64,000 bases of DNA, taken from positions 41,354,001-41,418,000 of the forward strand of contig OX597826.1 of the NCBI GenBank assembly GCA_951406725.2, given 5' to 3'. The position numbers and the translations under genes are program-made. Shown piece after piece: positions 1 to 14,318 of this stretch; within the stretch, counting starts at the first letter, position 1; every line of letters starts with the position of its first letter. The notes beneath the pieces were generated by a model. That model searched no databases, had not been told where the DNA came from, and saw only the letters and a list, made by a program, of their open reading frames with translations. Source of the stretch: Octopus vulgaris (lineage: Eukaryota).

Positions 1-585
1 ACACCTACCCGAAAGACTAATAAATGAAATTTGGACGAGGGTACTCTGGCCATTCTAAGGCGGCAGACATGATATGCTTGGCAGACGTAATTCCACCATC
101 TGACTCCACCCCTCCACTTTCCAACAGTAATTGTCTTTAGGGAAGTCCCTTTTGTTGCTAACGCTGAGGACTAAGCCTTCGAATCATGGGAACTTTCATT
201 CCTCTAATAAACCCATCAAAAATAAAGACATTCCAGTCGTGACCATCTCGTCTTTGTTTTTAGATTCATCCTTCCCTTCAAATATGTTGCTCGTTTGTAT
301 TTTACCAATGACATGAAAAATGTTGCTTCCAGTACGATTTGAACTTAGAGCGTTAACGAACGTAGCTAAATGCTATCGCCACGTACATTTCATCTGACAT
401 TGTATCGTTGCTGCCACGCCATAACTCAAAATATTGAATACAAGACTAACAACAGCAACATACGCCCAGATAACATACAAGTGATATACAAAATACACCC
501 AAGAACAGCCGATAAGTGAGACATCATATCTAGTTGTAGGGTTAATATTTTGAGAGAGAAAATTTAAACAAACAAGGAATACAAT

Positions 586-1155
586 CTTTTCTACTCTAGG
601 CACATGGTCCGAAAATTTTTGCGGGAGGGGCTAGTCGATTAGATCGACCCCAGTACGCAACTGGTATTTAATTTATCGACCCCGAAAGGATGAAAGGCAA
701 AGTCGACCTCGGCGGAATTTGAACTCAGAACATAAAGACAGACAAAACATCGTTACAAACGAGGAATATATATTTCTTTACTGCCCACAAGGGGCTAAAC
801 ATAGAGGGGACAAACAAAGAGATTAAGTTGATTACATCGACCCCAGTATACAACTGGTACTTTATATATCGACCCCGAAAGGATGAAAGGCAAAGTCGAC
901 CTCGGCGGAATTTGAACTCAGAACATAAAGACAGACAAAACATCGTTACAAACGAGGAATATATATTTCTTTACTGCCCACAAGGGGCTAAACATAGAGG
1001 GGACAAACAAAGAGATTAAGTTGATTACATCGACCCCAGTATACAACTGGTACTTTATATATCGACCCCGAAAGGATGAAAGGCAAAGTCGACCTCGGCG
1101 GAATTTGAACTCAGAACGTAAAGGCAGACGAAACATCGTTACAAACGAGGAATAT
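586..1155 (-). mobile_element. SINE family A fragments in a ~193-bp local tandem triplication
   Basis: Motif atcgaccccgaaaggatgaaaggcaaagtcgacctcggcggaatttgaactcagaac occurs 3x at 193-bp spacing; reverse complement of the copy at 3716-3948. Confidence 0.85.
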
Positions 1156-1464
1156 AATGTGAATAAAATGTGAATACACCTGCCCTCGTGATAGTTACTG
1201 ATATTGTAACATTGGCAACACGTGTTCTGATATTAGTGAACGTTTGTCATTGTATCTTTGAAGTGGTCTTACCAGGCGTACGTTTCTTAAGCGTAAAAGA
1301 AAAGAAAGATCTCGTGTATGTTTATATGTGTATGTCTGTTGTGTTGTGTTGAGTGTGAGTGTGTGTGTGTTTGTGTGTCTAGTGTTTCGTTAGTTGTTTA
1401 GTTCTGTATTCATGTACTTCTGCGAGCAAGTCGTAACAAACTTACATTCCTATTTATTAATTCA

Positions 1465-1477
1465 CACACACGCACAC

Positions 1478-1559
<82 letters not shown>

Positions 1560-1585
1560 AGACACACAGACACACACGCGCGCGC

Positions 1586-1670
<85 letters not shown>
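1465..1670. repeat. (CA)n compound microsatellite
   Basis: Visible CA runs with CG interruptions. Confidence 0.95.
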
Positions 1671-1671
<1 letters not shown>

Positions 1672-2058
1672 GCTCGAACCTACGGACGCACACACGCACC
1701 TACGGACGTACTTACGCACGCGCGCGCGTCTGGAGAGAGAAAGAGTTTCTAAACCCCCCCCAAAAAAAAGTTATGAATACTCGAAGCAGCAGCTGCTGCA
1801 GTACATATGGCCATTTGCATCTGCTTCTTTGCGGGGTAGTCTTATGTACACAAGTGTCTGATAAATACTTTGTTCAGATGAGGTTTAATTAAAACTCTTA
1901 ACCCCTCTTGTACTTCTGACAACCACAACAGTTCTCCCCTCCCATTAGTAACCTACTGCCTGTTCACCACTCTTCATACAGCAATGTGTTGATTTAACGA
2001 TAAAAGTGAAGAAATGGATGGCTACTTGCCGCCTCAATAGGAGTTGGTGTTGCTGTTT

Positions 2059-2615
2059 ACAAACGACCTGGTGTCGGACACGAGTCCTTTCTTTTTTAAA
2101 GATCTTGTTAACTGGCTGTGAAATCGGTAGGCCGTTGATATCGGTTTCAAATTTTGGCACAAGGGCAGCAGTTTCGAGGGAAGTGGCCAAATCGGCCAAA
2201 TCGACTCAAGTGCTCATCTCAGTTTTATCGACCTTGAAAGGAAAAATGGCAAAGTCTATTTGGGGTGGAATTTGAACACAGAATTTCAAGACGGACGAAA
2301 TGCCGCCAAGCATCTTGCCCAACCTGCTAACAGACATACAAACGACCTGGTGTCGGACACGAGTCCTTTCTTTTGTAAAGATCTTGTTAACTGGCTGTGA
2401 AAACGGTCGGCTGTTGATATCGGTTTCAAATTTTGGCACAAGGGCAGCAGTTTTGAGGGAAGTGGCCAAATCGGCCAAATCGACTCAAGTGCTCATCTCA
2501 GTTTTATTGACCTTGAAAGGGAAAATGGCAAAGTTTATTTCGGGTGGAATTTGAACTCAGAATTTCAAGACGGACGAAATGCCGCCAAGCATCTTGCCCA
2601 ACCTGCTAACAGACA
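2059..2615. repeat. 279-bp direct tandem duplication containing a diverged SINE-A copy (minus)
   Basis: acaaacgacctggtgtcggacac at 2059 and 2338; the two units differ by only scattered substitutions. Confidence 0.9.
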
Positions 2616-3264
2616 CAGTCTTGTAGTCTTGGATTTGGTAGTTGATAAAAAGACTAATAAATTAAAAAATGAATCAAATCCTTTACAAGCTATGACACTA
2701 ACAAACTTCATACAGTTCTTAGAAGTGTAGTATGTTCTTAGCTACATTAGTGGCAACATGGACTCTTTCCTACTTCTTGTTCTATTAGAGAACTTGAGTA
2801 AAATTATATTAAGGCGGGAAACTGATTAAAAATTCTATTTATTTATTTATGCAGCTGAGGGTAGCCTTGCATTTGAATTGATGTAATGATCGCATTGTTC
2901 AATTAAATGGAGTCGCTTGAAACGGTCGTACTGCATCACCTCTTGATATCCTGTTGCTTATTTTGATTACACACACACACACACACACAAAACATTGATA
3001 ACTTTGATAGGTTTCGGCCAGTATAGGCCTAGGCTATGTCTAACTAAATACCACCACCTGGTGAAGTCTTTTAGTCTTATATGGGGCACTATAGCCCACT
3101 CTAACAAAGAGTTATGTTGGAGACATATCCGGGCATAGGAGGTTGTTCTGGGATTTTATATTTCATTTTTGACTATAGTAGAAGACACGCAGTGGGATTG
3201 AGCCCGGAACCTTGTAGATGAGGAGCAAACCTCTTACCATGCAGCCACACCTGCGCCCTAATGA

Positions 3265-3352
<88 letters not shown>

Positions 3353-3580
3353 TCATCCGAGGGTGCTTATTGCGCGGATCGCCGTGACTCGTTCTCTCCA
3401 GTCTGTTTGGTCCGCCATTGTACGTGGCTGGTCTTCTCGGGTGCACTCGGCGTCCTCGCATCTCTGTTTTATATAGGTTCGATGTGGTCTATTATCATTT
3501 GCGTACTCATGCTTTGGTTCCCAGAGAAGAACGTCGCTGATGATCTCATCCTTTGCTCTCCAGCAATGTCCAGCGAATCT
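3353..3580 (-). pseudogene. 3' end of RTE-clade LINE ORF (5'-truncated copy) with short (TGA)n tail
   Basis: Minus frame reads RFAGHCWRAKDEIISDVLLWEPKH...RPHRTYIKQ...DWRERVTAIRAISTLG*, matching the RTE C-terminal GH..R / RP..TY / W..RV pattern. Confidence 0.8.
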
Positions 3581-3715
3581 TGTGTGTGTGTGTGATTATA
3601 TCTTGCAGTAATAGACACATTTGTCCAATCCCGATCAAAATGAAAATCATCAGTGTCCCCACTGTGACATCATAGCAAAATCCATCCCTGCACTCTAATT
3701 ATATTCACGCATCCA

Positions 3716-3948
3716 AAGGCGGCGAGCTGGCAGAAACGTTAGCACGCCGGGCGAAATACGTAGCCGTATTTCGTCTGCCGTTACGTTCTGAGTTCAAATT
3801 CCGCCGAGGTCGACTTTGCCTTTCATCCTTTCAGGGTCTATAAATTAAATACCAGTTACGCACTGGGGTCGATGTAATCGACTTAATCCGCCTGTTTGTC
3901 CTTGCTTGTCCCCTCTGTGTTTAGCCCCTTGTGGGTAGTAAAGAAATA
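3716..3948 (+). mobile_element. SINE family A, near full length
   Basis: aaggcggcgagctggcagaaacgttag head, B-box-like gagttcaaattcc, tail ...gcccttgtgggtagtaaagaaata; multiple copies in window. Confidence 0.85.
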
Positions 3949-5079
3949 TATATTCACGCCTCCATCGCAAATAGATGGAGCTTCTTAGTTTTTTTTTTCT
4001 CTTTCAAAAGCTCTATTACTCTCTCTAACTTTAAATCCTCTCCTTCAAACACTCATACGTCGAAATCGACGGGAGCAACCATCATATAACAGTGCATACT
4101 AAGTAGTTTTGTATTGTTTTTCAGTTCTGAAAACACACAGAAATTGTCTTTGTTTCTGTCTCTCTCACACACATGCATACGCATATCTCTTTCTTTCCCT
4201 CTCCCTTTCGCCTTCTCTCACATGCATACACACTCTCGCCCTTTTCCATACACTCTCACTCACAGACACTCTCACATATTCCCTCTCACACTCTCCTCAT
4301 CTCTCTCTCTCTCTCTCTCTGATATTTTTTTTTGACATTATATAAAGGCCAGGAAAGACTCTAGACAGGAATGTAGAGATTGGTAGGATGAGAAGTAGGA
4401 AGAGGTGTAAAGGAGAACAAGTCATCTTCCACAGTAGCCACCACCACCACCATCACCACCACCGCCACCACCACCACCACCACCAAAACCACCACCACCT
4501 CCACCGCCGCCGCCGCCGCCACCGCCACCACCGCCGCCGCCGCCACCGCCGCCGCTACCACCGCCATTATAACAATGTAAACTTCATCCATTTCAAAGTT
4601 GTTGTTTAGCCCCAGGTCAGCCCAGGAGCTGAGATCTGTAATTAAAAGCATTCCAGCTGTGACCATCACTTCTTTTATCTCTGTGCAAAGAACTGCGGAT
4701 ATTGTCTATCATATCTGTTAAAAAAACGGCATATGATTTGAGGGAGATTTGTTTGCTATTTCTAATTTCTAGCAAATCGAGAAACTCTTCTTGGCTCAGC
4801 TTCTGAATCGTGGTGCCCCAGCATGGCCGCGGCCTTCGGGCTAAAACATTTTAAAGGATTTTAAGGATATAAAACTAGCGGGATGGCGTGTTTGTAAGTT
4901 GTTACAAGAGACGTGAGGGATAGAGATATTATTATCATGAAAGGACGGAAGGCAAAGCTGACTTCGACGGGACTCGAACTTAGAATGTAAAGAACTGCAA
5001 GAAAAGTTATTATGTCCGGGGCGCTAAAGATTCACCCAATTCACCTCTAATAATGAAAAAAATATATGTCTTAATTATA

Positions 5080-5341
5080 GGCGCAGTAGTGCCTGTGTGG
5101 TAAGTAGCTTGCTAACCAACCACATGGTTCCGGGTTCAGTCCTACTGCGTGGCATCTTGGGCAAGTGTCTTCTGCTATAGCCCCGGGCCGACAAATGCCT
5201 TGTGAGTGGATTTGGTAGACGGAAACTGAAAGAAGCCCGTCGTATATATGTATATATATATATATAAGAATAAATGTTTTATATATAAAGAACGTGAAAT
5301 ACAGGAAGGGACAAACACGGAACACTGACAAATCATTCGAA

Positions 5342-5377
<36 letters not shown>

Positions 5378-5595
5378 ATGTGTGTGTGTGTGTGTTTGTG
5401 TGTCTATGTTTGTCCCCCTAGCATTGCTTGACAACCGATGCTGGTGTGTTTACGTCCCCGTCACTTAGCGGTTCGGCAAAAGAGACCGATAGAATAAGTA
5501 CTGGGCTTACAAAGAATAAGTCCCGGGGTCGATTTGCTCGACTAAAGGTGGTGCTCCAGCATGGCCGCAGTCAAATGACTGAAACAAGTAAAAGT
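5080..5595 (+). mobile_element. SINE family B (tRNA-like head, central TA/TG microsatellite, hairpin tail)
   Basis: Head tgtgtggtaagtagcttg...gggttcagtcc; tail ccagcatggccgcagtcaaatgactgaaacaagtaaaa; more than 10 copies in window. Confidence 0.85.
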
Positions 5596-6425
5596 GTAAA
5601 AGTGTAAAGTGATATAAAAACCATCTCCGAGTAGTAAGCTACGAAGTTGTTATATTCTCTCGATTTCCGGTAATTCAGACCATCACATGATCCCAACAGA
5701 GGCTGGTGATAATAATGGTGGCGATGAATACAACGATGTTGGGTATAGAGGAAGAGGAGGAGAAAGAGATGGTAACGGTTGTAGTATTGGTAGGTGGTAG
5801 TGGTGGTGACTGGTAGGTATTTGTCAAGATAAAAGGCAAATAAAACCAACCAACCAAATAAAGAATTTTCGTGTCATTGTGGTGTCGACAAATGAAAAAA
5901 AAAAAAAAAAAAAAGATTGTTGTTGTTTGTTGTTGTTTTTGATGGTGTTGTTTGAAATGTGAAGAGCGTAACGAGTAAACCTGAAAATGATAGTCGTCTG
6001 GTCGGCTGCTGCTCTTTTACAGCGTCCCGCAATTAGCGGAGAACCCGGCTATTAAGAAACTTTTGTTAAATACTGCGAAAGGGCAAACTATTTGTGGTTA
6101 ACTAAGGCAACTCAATACCGAAATTTTTTGGTGTCATTTTGTCTTGGCACTCATCATTTTGGCGGCATTCGTCATCAAACAACTTTCAGGCTCACAAAAA
6201 AAAAAAAAAAAAAAAAAAAACCCTGAAAAACAACGACGTTGCTTAGATGTGTTCGGTTGCTCGGCCTGCAAAAAATATAACAGCTGTATAACCTCAAACC
6301 ATATTTTTAGTATTTAATAAAAAAAAAAGAATCAATGAAAAACGTAGTAAACACAGACTTGGGTGTAGACACGCACACAGACAGACAGACAGACAGACAC
6401 ACACAGACAGACAGACACACACACA

Positions 6426-6498
<73 letters not shown>

Positions 6499-6567
6499 GC
6501 ATGGATGGAGAAAGACAAAAAATGAAGAATTATACAGCTTAAAATTTTCCAGCTTATAAAATTCCGT

Positions 6568-6765
6568 CATACCCGTGCCAGTGACAACGTTAAAAGCATC
6601 TGTGCCGGTAACACGTAAAAGGCACCCCGGTGCACTCTGCGGAGTGGTTGGTACTAAGAAGAGCATTCCAGCCGCGGAAACCGAGCCAAAACACACTAGT
6701 CAAACGGTATAACCCATGCCAGCATGGAAAACAGACGCTAAATGATGATGATGATGATGATGATC
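6568..6765 (+). mobile_element. SINE/LINE 3' fragment with (GAT)n tail
   Basis: Ends aacccatgccagcatggaaaacagacgctaaat(gat)n, a typical retroposon tail structure. Confidence 0.6.
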
Positions 6766-6913
6766 CATGGACGGAATTTATAGATATTTTAATGTACTGC
6801 TACGCATGTTTCCACGAATCACATGTTTCTTATGATCATAGTTCGTATTTCAGTGATGATTACAGTGCAATCCGTAATATCCATGGACATTGGATGGATT
6901 GGGGATACAATCT

Positions 6914-7166
6914 GTTTCTGTTGCATTGGTGTCTTAGGTTCCTTAGACGTGATAGTTCTGTGCAACGCGTTTTAGGCATTTGCCTTGGATGCTGCAAATT
7001 TCAGTTCGCTTCATCCAACCGTATGGGGGGAACACTTGAAGAAAAAAGTTGTTTGAGAAAGCAAATCTTTGGATCGGAATTTGTACTATAATTGGTTTAA
7101 TATAATTTGATTAGTTGTAGAGAACCATTACATCTAAGGACCCTGAGACACTTATGCAACAGAAAC
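6914..7166. mobile_element. Degenerate MITE-like inverted-repeat element
   Basis: 6914-6959 gtttctgttgcattggtgtcttaggttccttagacgtgatagttct is ~80% reverse-complementary to 7121-7166; no TSD seen. Confidence 0.5.
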
Positions 7167-7337
7167 GTGTTGGAATCTTATACGATGGAAAATTTTAAAG
7201 ATGTATAGTTCTCCATTCTTTATTATGTCGTTCTAATATACTCTGGAATTTTACATGAAATCCTTTCAAGCGAACTCAGGATTTACCAATAGAAAGGAGA
7301 ACTCAACTTCTTATATGTAAGTGCACACACACACACA

Positions 7338-7393
<56 letters not shown>

Positions 7394-7412
7394 TAAATAT
7401 ATATAAATATAA

Positions 7413-7465
<53 letters not shown>

Positions 7466-7576
7466 TATGAAAGAATGGAGTTGAACGACAAATTGTGTCT
7501 TCTCTGATGTGAATTTGCTACCCAGGTATCGGTTAACCGAATTATCCTTAACAAGATAATTCATTCAACTACTCAA

Positions 7577-7654
<78 letters not shown>

Positions 7655-8289
7655 TTTGAACGACTCTCTTATCTTTTCATTCTTTCTTTCTTTCAGCCCC
7701 TTCACACTTACTTCGTTCTTTCCACTCTTCTTTCTTTCGCTCCCCTCTCTCACATTTCCTGGCTTTCTCTTCATTCTCACCTTGCCTCCTCTTTCACTTC
7801 ACTCTCTCCCTTTTTATCTCGTCCCTCCCTAATTCTTCTGTCCCTCTGCTTCTACCTCTCCTTTCTTGGTTCGACTACCATCCGTGCAACATCTATATTC
7901 CTCTCCATGCCTGTCATCTTCTATGTCCCTGCCGTAAGGCTTCACTTTTACATACGCCAGCTTAACTTAATTCGACCTTAGTCGAAAGACACCTGTTGTT
8001 ATGTCCTGTTATTTGCATTTGTATTTGTGTACCATTTCTCCATTTTTCCATCCTTGTTTTCGTATATATTCGCTGCTTTCTTCCAAGGAATCTAATGCTC
8101 TTAGGTTAGTTTTCCCTTGGTGCTGGCCAGATTGGAGCAATCTCGAGTATAACAAAACCGAAATTGCAAAGATAATTTGGAACTCTACTGAGGAAAGAAA
8201 ACGTCGAATGATCCGTCCGTGTTTTTTCTTGTCGATTTTTTTGCATCATCTGTCTGGATGTTTTGCGTTCTTGTCCCATTTTTTGTATT

Positions 8290-8400
<111 letters not shown>

Positions 8401-8546
8401 ATGTTTGTCTGTATTTGCTCCCCCATCATTGCTTGACAACTGATGTTGAAGTGTTTACATCCCCGTAACTTGGCGGATCGGCAAAAGAGAACGATGGAAT
8501 AAGTACTAGGCTTACAAAGAATAAGTCCTGCGGCCAATTTGCTCGG

Positions 8547-8616
<70 letters not shown>

Positions 8617-9036
8617 GCACACACACACATACACACGCATACACATACACACATATATCGTGTGCACAGATGTACGACAACTGCTGTATGAGTTAAAGCT
8701 CAACGTAGATTATTATCATCTAATCATTTCCCCCAATATAGTGGGTCGTATGCTACTGTACATAAAAGTGTTAGTAGTGGAAAATGAAATGAACACAAGT
8801 ATAAATTATTAGCTCCTAGGTACGTTTCCCAAGTGTGGTTATTTGGAACTCAATACTAGATGTTCCAAGCACACATGATATTATATGTCCGTAACAGGCT
8901 GCGATAAAGTGTTTCCCCGATGATCCATTCCGGTTGGTCATTCAAATGCACTTGGGATACCCATTGTCATCATTTGAACTATGGTCTTCCCAATTCCATA
9001 CTGGGTATGTATGTATGTATGCATATTTATTGTATA

Positions 9037-9434
9037 CTTGCAGTATTGCCCGGCGTTGCTCGGGTTTGTTTCGACCCTTTAGAATTGGAATGTTTGAAAA
9101 GTAAAAATTTTGCATTATGTAGCTTATTATTCTCTTTAAGTGAACATTTTTCAGGTTGAAATACACCGAAAAGTGGCGACACAACAGTCAAAAAATCGTA
9201 AAAAATAGGGATTTTCATAGAAAAAAAATTCCCTTTTGATGTAAATAATTTTTGGTCTTAACATGGTTCGATTTGAATTTTTTCTTCTACGGAATGAGGA
9301 GCAAGCCTTCGTCTGTCATACTTTCAATTTTGGTCAACTTGCGCCGCATGGTCTCGGAGGAGATAGTGTTAGTTGAAGGCTACCAAACCTGCCACACACA
9401 CACACACAGACAACTTCATCTTTATATATGTAGA
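9037..9434 (-). mobile_element. Non-autonomous Helitron
   Basis: Minus strand starts TCTACATATATAAA and ends hairpin CCCGAGCAACGCCGGG...CAAG (CTAG variant), inserted between A and T; ends shared with 51915 and 58409 copies. Confidence 0.75.
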
Positions 9435-9910
9435 TTAATATGGTGATGGTCTCGTCTTGTCAGATGACAGTCGTCCCACATTCAAATGATAGTGTGACAT
9501 CTGTACATCACTGGATTTAAGTGACTAAAGCTTGTACAACCTTTTCGCCACTCTCTCGGTCGCCTAATAGTAGGTTCCAGTGACTAGCACTGCAAGATGA
9601 GTGGTACTGTTTTGACTGCAAGTTTTATGTCTACGTATCTTTCTCCTAGAAGAGCTTCCTTCCCTACAGCTTTGCCTACTCTATCCTCTTGAAGGGATCC
9701 TGATTGGTACTAGCGTTTCGGGTCAAAATGGGCCTGAAAATAATGTAATTGTCCCCCTGTACAATGACAACAGGGGTACAAAGTGTAACGTGTTCTTCCC
9801 TAAGGTGGTGTAATTTGATTTGAGTGAGATTTAGTTGCTATTTCTTGCAGGTCAATCCACTCCACAGATGCTACCTTCTTGGTTAGTGTGTATGTGTGTG
9901 CGTGCGTATA

Positions 9911-9988
<78 letters not shown>

Positions 9989-9991
9989 TAT

Positions 9992-10335
9992 TCTTTTATT
10001 CTTTATTTGTTTCAGTCACTTGACTGCAGCCATGCTGGAGCACCGCCGTTAGCCGAACAAATCGACCAGAGGACATATTCTTTATAAGTCTAGTACTTAT
10101 TCTATCGGTTCTTTTGCCAAACTGCTAAGTTACGAGGACGTAAACACACCAATATCGGTTGTCAAGTGATGGTCGGGGACAACACACAACACTCACACAC
10201 ACACGATAGGCTTCTTTCATTTTCCGTCTATCAAATCCACTCACAAAGCTTTGGTTGGCCCGAAACTATAGTAGAAGTGAACCCGGAACCAGGTGGTTGG
10301 GAAGCAGGCTTCTTACCTTCACTGCCACACCAGCG
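9992..10335 (-). mobile_element. SINE family B, diverged
   Basis: Reverse complement of family B tail and head with internal deletions. Confidence 0.75.
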
Positions 10336-10367
10336 GCTATATGTATGCGTATATGTGTGTTTCTCTC

Positions 10368-10603
10368 GAGCCACGCCTGGCTCATAAGGGCCGGTCCGTC
10401 GTAGGTGAGCTGCAAGATGCAGGAGGAAAGAGTGAGAGTAAGTTGTGGTGAAAGAGTCAGCAGAAGTTCACCATTACCTTCTGCTGGAGCCGCGTGGAGC
10501 TGAGGTGTTTCGCTCATAAACACAACACATCGCCCGGTCTGAGGTTCGAACCCACGATCCCTCGACCGCGAGTCCGCTTCTCTAACCACTAGGCCATGTA
10601 CCT

Positions 10604-10606
<3 letters not shown>
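10368..10606 (-). mobile_element. SINE family C (tRNA-derived)
   Basis: Minus: tggcctagtggttagagaagcggactcgcggtcgagggatcgtgggttcgaacc (A and B boxes); homologous to 54398-54690. Confidence 0.8.
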
Positions 10607-10641
<35 letters not shown>

Positions 10642-11240
10642 TTACACACACAGATGTGTGTGTGTGTGCATATATTTCTGCTGTGCATATCTATGTGCTG
10701 TATGTTTGTGTGGTGTATACCCATGTGTATATATGTGTGTGTGTGTGTGTGTGGGGGTGGGGGTGGACTGTATGCGTGTGTCGTGTGTACGTTCTATATT
10801 TGCATGTTAAGTCGACGATAAGTGAAAGTATTTAGTATTGTAATGTCAAATTGAGATGGAATGTCTGTGTCCATTAAAAATGGAGGTGTGAATTCACAGT
10901 CTTAGCTTGGGGTCAACTGGAATGGCGGAATTAGCTTAATGATCTTGCAACACTCTCACTTCATTTCGCCACCAACGCTATAATTGCGGTATATTTGTAG
11001 TAGTAGCGATGGTGTTGGCGGCGGTGGTGAATTTATTGTTGGAGATGATGATGCTAGTGATGATGATGGTAATGGTAATGGCGATGGTGCTAATGTTGGT
11101 GATGGTGGTGTTGGGAATTGTGGTGGTGATGATGATGACGGCGATGGTGGTAGCGGTTGTAACAGTGGTGATTGTGGTGATGGTTGACATTATCTTCAAG
11201 TTTCGTTTATTTTTTTCTTCTGGAATTAAAGTTGATGTAG

Positions 11241-11291
<51 letters not shown>

Positions 11292-11355
11292 CCGATACAT
11301 AGATAGATAGGTAGCTACGTAGATATGTAGATATGTAGATATATATATATATATA

Positions 11356-11635
11356 GGGAGAGTTTACGAAAAAAACAATAGACGAAGACAGGTGGTGTAC
11401 AAAACAAACAGATGTATTAGTATAACGCTCAGGAATAGAAAAAGTCTTTTACGTTTCGAGACTACGCTCTTCTACAGAAAGGGACACAGAAAAAAAAACA
11501 AGGAGAGAAACAAGGAGAGAAAAAAAGGAGAGAAAAAAAGGAGAGAAAAAAACAAGGAGAGAAAAAAAGGAGAGAAAAAAGCAGAGAAAAAAAGGAGAGA
11601 AAAAATGTGTGTAGTGGCTAACGATCTATCATGGT
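11356..11635 (-). mobile_element. Short Penelope-pLTR/retrozyme-like element with minimal hammerhead-like motif (11446-11481)
   Basis: Minus: cttt CTGTAGA A GAGC gtag TCTC GAAA CGT A aaag; homologous copies at 24554, 48343, 50179. Confidence 0.6.
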
Positions 11636-12067
11636 GACTGTTCATATATATATATATATATGAACATTAAGAGAGAAAAGGGAGAGAAAGAAAGGATAAA
11701 AGAATAGAGAAAGATAAAACAGGGGAAGAGAGCAAGAGAAAGAGAGCGAGAAAAAGATGAAAAAGAGAAAGAAGATTGCATTGAGAACGGTAAAACCTGT
11801 GATGCAGGCAAAATAATCTGCGTTTATTAGCGATGAAATAGGAAGAAAATAAGCGCAAAGGGTAATGCAAAGTTATAGGCGACGGAAAACAAAACTTAAG
11901 TTAAAATGGGCTTAGATAGAAGATTTTTCATCAGCTCTGGTCCTCGAGGTCATGGCGATTTCGACACCTCAGGACAGTATAGCTATCTGCAGCAGTGCTA
12001 GTAGCTTGAAAGAGGAGTACCACTGAGTTGGTGGAGTAGCGTAGTATATATATAATTCCAATTCATG

Positions 12068-12134
<67 letters not shown>

Positions 12135-12163
12135 GTCTGTCTGTCTACATACATATATACATG

Positions 12164-12239
<76 letters not shown>

Positions 12240-12244
<5 letters not shown>

Positions 12245-12446
12245 TTGTGTGTCTGTGTTTGTCCCCCTAGCATTGCTTGACAACCGATGCTAGTGTGTTT
12301 ACGTCCCCGTCACTTAGCGGTTCGGCAAAAGAGACCGATAGAATAAGTACTGGGCTTACAAAGAATAAGTCCCGGGGTCGATTTGCTCGACTAAAGGCGG
12401 TGCTCCAGCATGGCCGCAGTCAAATGACTGAAACAAGTAAAAAGAG
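12240..12446 (+). mobile_element. SINE family B 3' half
   Basis: Near-identical to 5400-5595. Confidence 0.85.
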
Positions 12447-12463
12447 TATATATATATATATTC

Positions 12464-12497
<34 letters not shown>

Positions 12498-12771
12498 CTT
12501 GCAGTTGCTGTTTCAGCTCTTTACGATCTCTGTTTAGAGCCCACCAAAGCCGGCCTTACTTTTCATCCTTTTAGTGTTTATGAAACAAAGCAGCAAGGCA
12601 CCAGTCAAGCTCGGCTTTACTTCGCCCCATCTCCAATTTTTAGCCCCTTACCAACATGAGAACCATCATTATTTTGTGTCTTTATCGAATGTTTTATATG
12701 TGTTTTTGAAAAATCTCCCAAAGAAGAAGAGATCTTGACATCTTCTTGGATTAGAAAGATCGAGAATTGAA

Positions 12772-13298
12772 GTCCCCTAGAGGACAGAACACGCAACTTA
12801 AAAGAAGGTCCGAGCCAGTTAGGAGGCCTCTAGCAGTTGCCCGACTTGCTATACAAGTTGCAACGAAACCCACCTCAAAGCACACCATACCCTCTTGACG
12901 GTTCCGGTTGATCCGATCAACGGAACAGCCTGCTCGTGAAATTAACGTGTAAGTGGCTGAGCACTCCACAGACCCTTAACGTAGTTCTCGGGGATATTCA
13001 GCGTGACACAGAGAGTGACAAGGCCGGCCCTTTGAAATACATTCTCCTGGAAAACTTAATCGCTAAAAAGAACGAAGGTAGAAACAATTTTGGACTGATT
13101 TGAAACAGGAAGTAAGAGTGAGAGAAAGTTGTGGTGAAAGAGTACAGCAGGGATCACCACCATCCCCTGCCGGAGCCTCGTGGAGCTTTTAGGTGTTTTC
13201 GCTCAATAAACACTCACAACGCCCGGTCTGAGAATCGAAACCGCGATCCTACGACCGCGAGTCCGCTGCCCTAACCACTGGGCCATTGCGCCTCCACA
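12772..13298 (-). mobile_element. SINE family C long variant, containing a 70-bp templated insertion
   Basis: tRNA-like head on minus at 13298-13225 (ggaggcgcaatggcccagtggttagggcagcggactcgcgg) as in the 25283 copy. Confidence 0.7.
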
Positions 13299-13532
13299 TA
13301 ATGGACATACTGTGTGAATGATAAATGAAATGCTTTTGCCTTCTTGGTCAGTGCTGAGAGGAGGCTAAACAGCAACAACAACGACGACGACAACAATTTG
13401 AATGAGTTAAATGTTTTCGATGCGGGATGAGAGATGGTCTTTGGCCACTTCATACTTCAGAAACAACACTTGTTTCCTTTGTCAAGAAATGGGTTCTATA
13501 CAAAAAAAAAAAAAAAAAAAAATTGTGAAACA

Positions 13533-13697
13533 GGCGCAGGAGTGACTGTGTGGTAAGTAGCTTGTTTACCAGCCACATAGTTCCGGGTTCAGTCCCACTG
13601 CGTGGCACCTTGGGCAAGTGTCTTCTACTATAGCCTTGGGCCGACCAAAGCCTTGTGAGTGGATTTGGTAGACGGAAACTGAAAGAAGCCCGTCGTA

Positions 13698-13780
<83 letters not shown>

Positions 13781-14000
13781 TTGTACGTCTGTGTTTGTCC
13801 CCTTAGCATTGCTTGACAACCGATGCTGGTGTGTTTATGTCCCCGATACTTAGCGGTTCGGCAAAAGAGACCGATAAAATAAGTACTGGGCTTACAAAAA
13901 GAATAAGTCCCGGGGTCGAGTTGCTCGATTAAAGGCGGTGCTCCAGCATGGCAGCAGTCAAATGACTGAAACAAGTAAAAGAGTAAAGAGTAAAGAGTAA
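13533..14000 (+). mobile_element. SINE family B, full length with (AGAGTAA)n tail
   Basis: Complete head, central microsatellite, tail and short repeat tail. Confidence 0.9.
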
Positions 14001-14108
14001 GAAGTTCATGCTATTCCTTCGCAAATGTATTAACGGTATCAATGAAATGAAAGAGAAATGGTTTCATCTAGAAGTGAAATCAAACTCATGGTTTTGCTTC
14101 CTCTAGAG

Positions 14109-14318
14109 CAGGGGTTCCTAACTGGTGGCTCCCGACACCCTGGGGATCGCGAAGCCTTGGCAGTGGGGGGAGGGGGAGTCGCGTAGCCTTGCTAGCAGTA
14201 GCTTGGGATAATATTGATTAATTAAGATGTAAATCAAGCTGGTGATAGTTGGGGGTCGCACGGGTTTCAAGCTTTTGGGTAAGGGGTCGCGAGTGCAAAA
14301 AAACGCTGGGAACCGCTG
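14109..14318. mobile_element. hAT (Charlie-like) MITE, 210 bp
   Basis: TIRs CAGGGGTTCC / GGAACCGCTG; perfect 8-bp TSD CTCTAGAG at 14101-14108 and 14319-14326. Confidence 0.9.

Noticed and set aside
640-1155. Regularly spaced repeats resembling a CRISPR array
   Set aside because: The spacers are identical; it is a tandem SINE duplication in eukaryotic DNA with no cas genes
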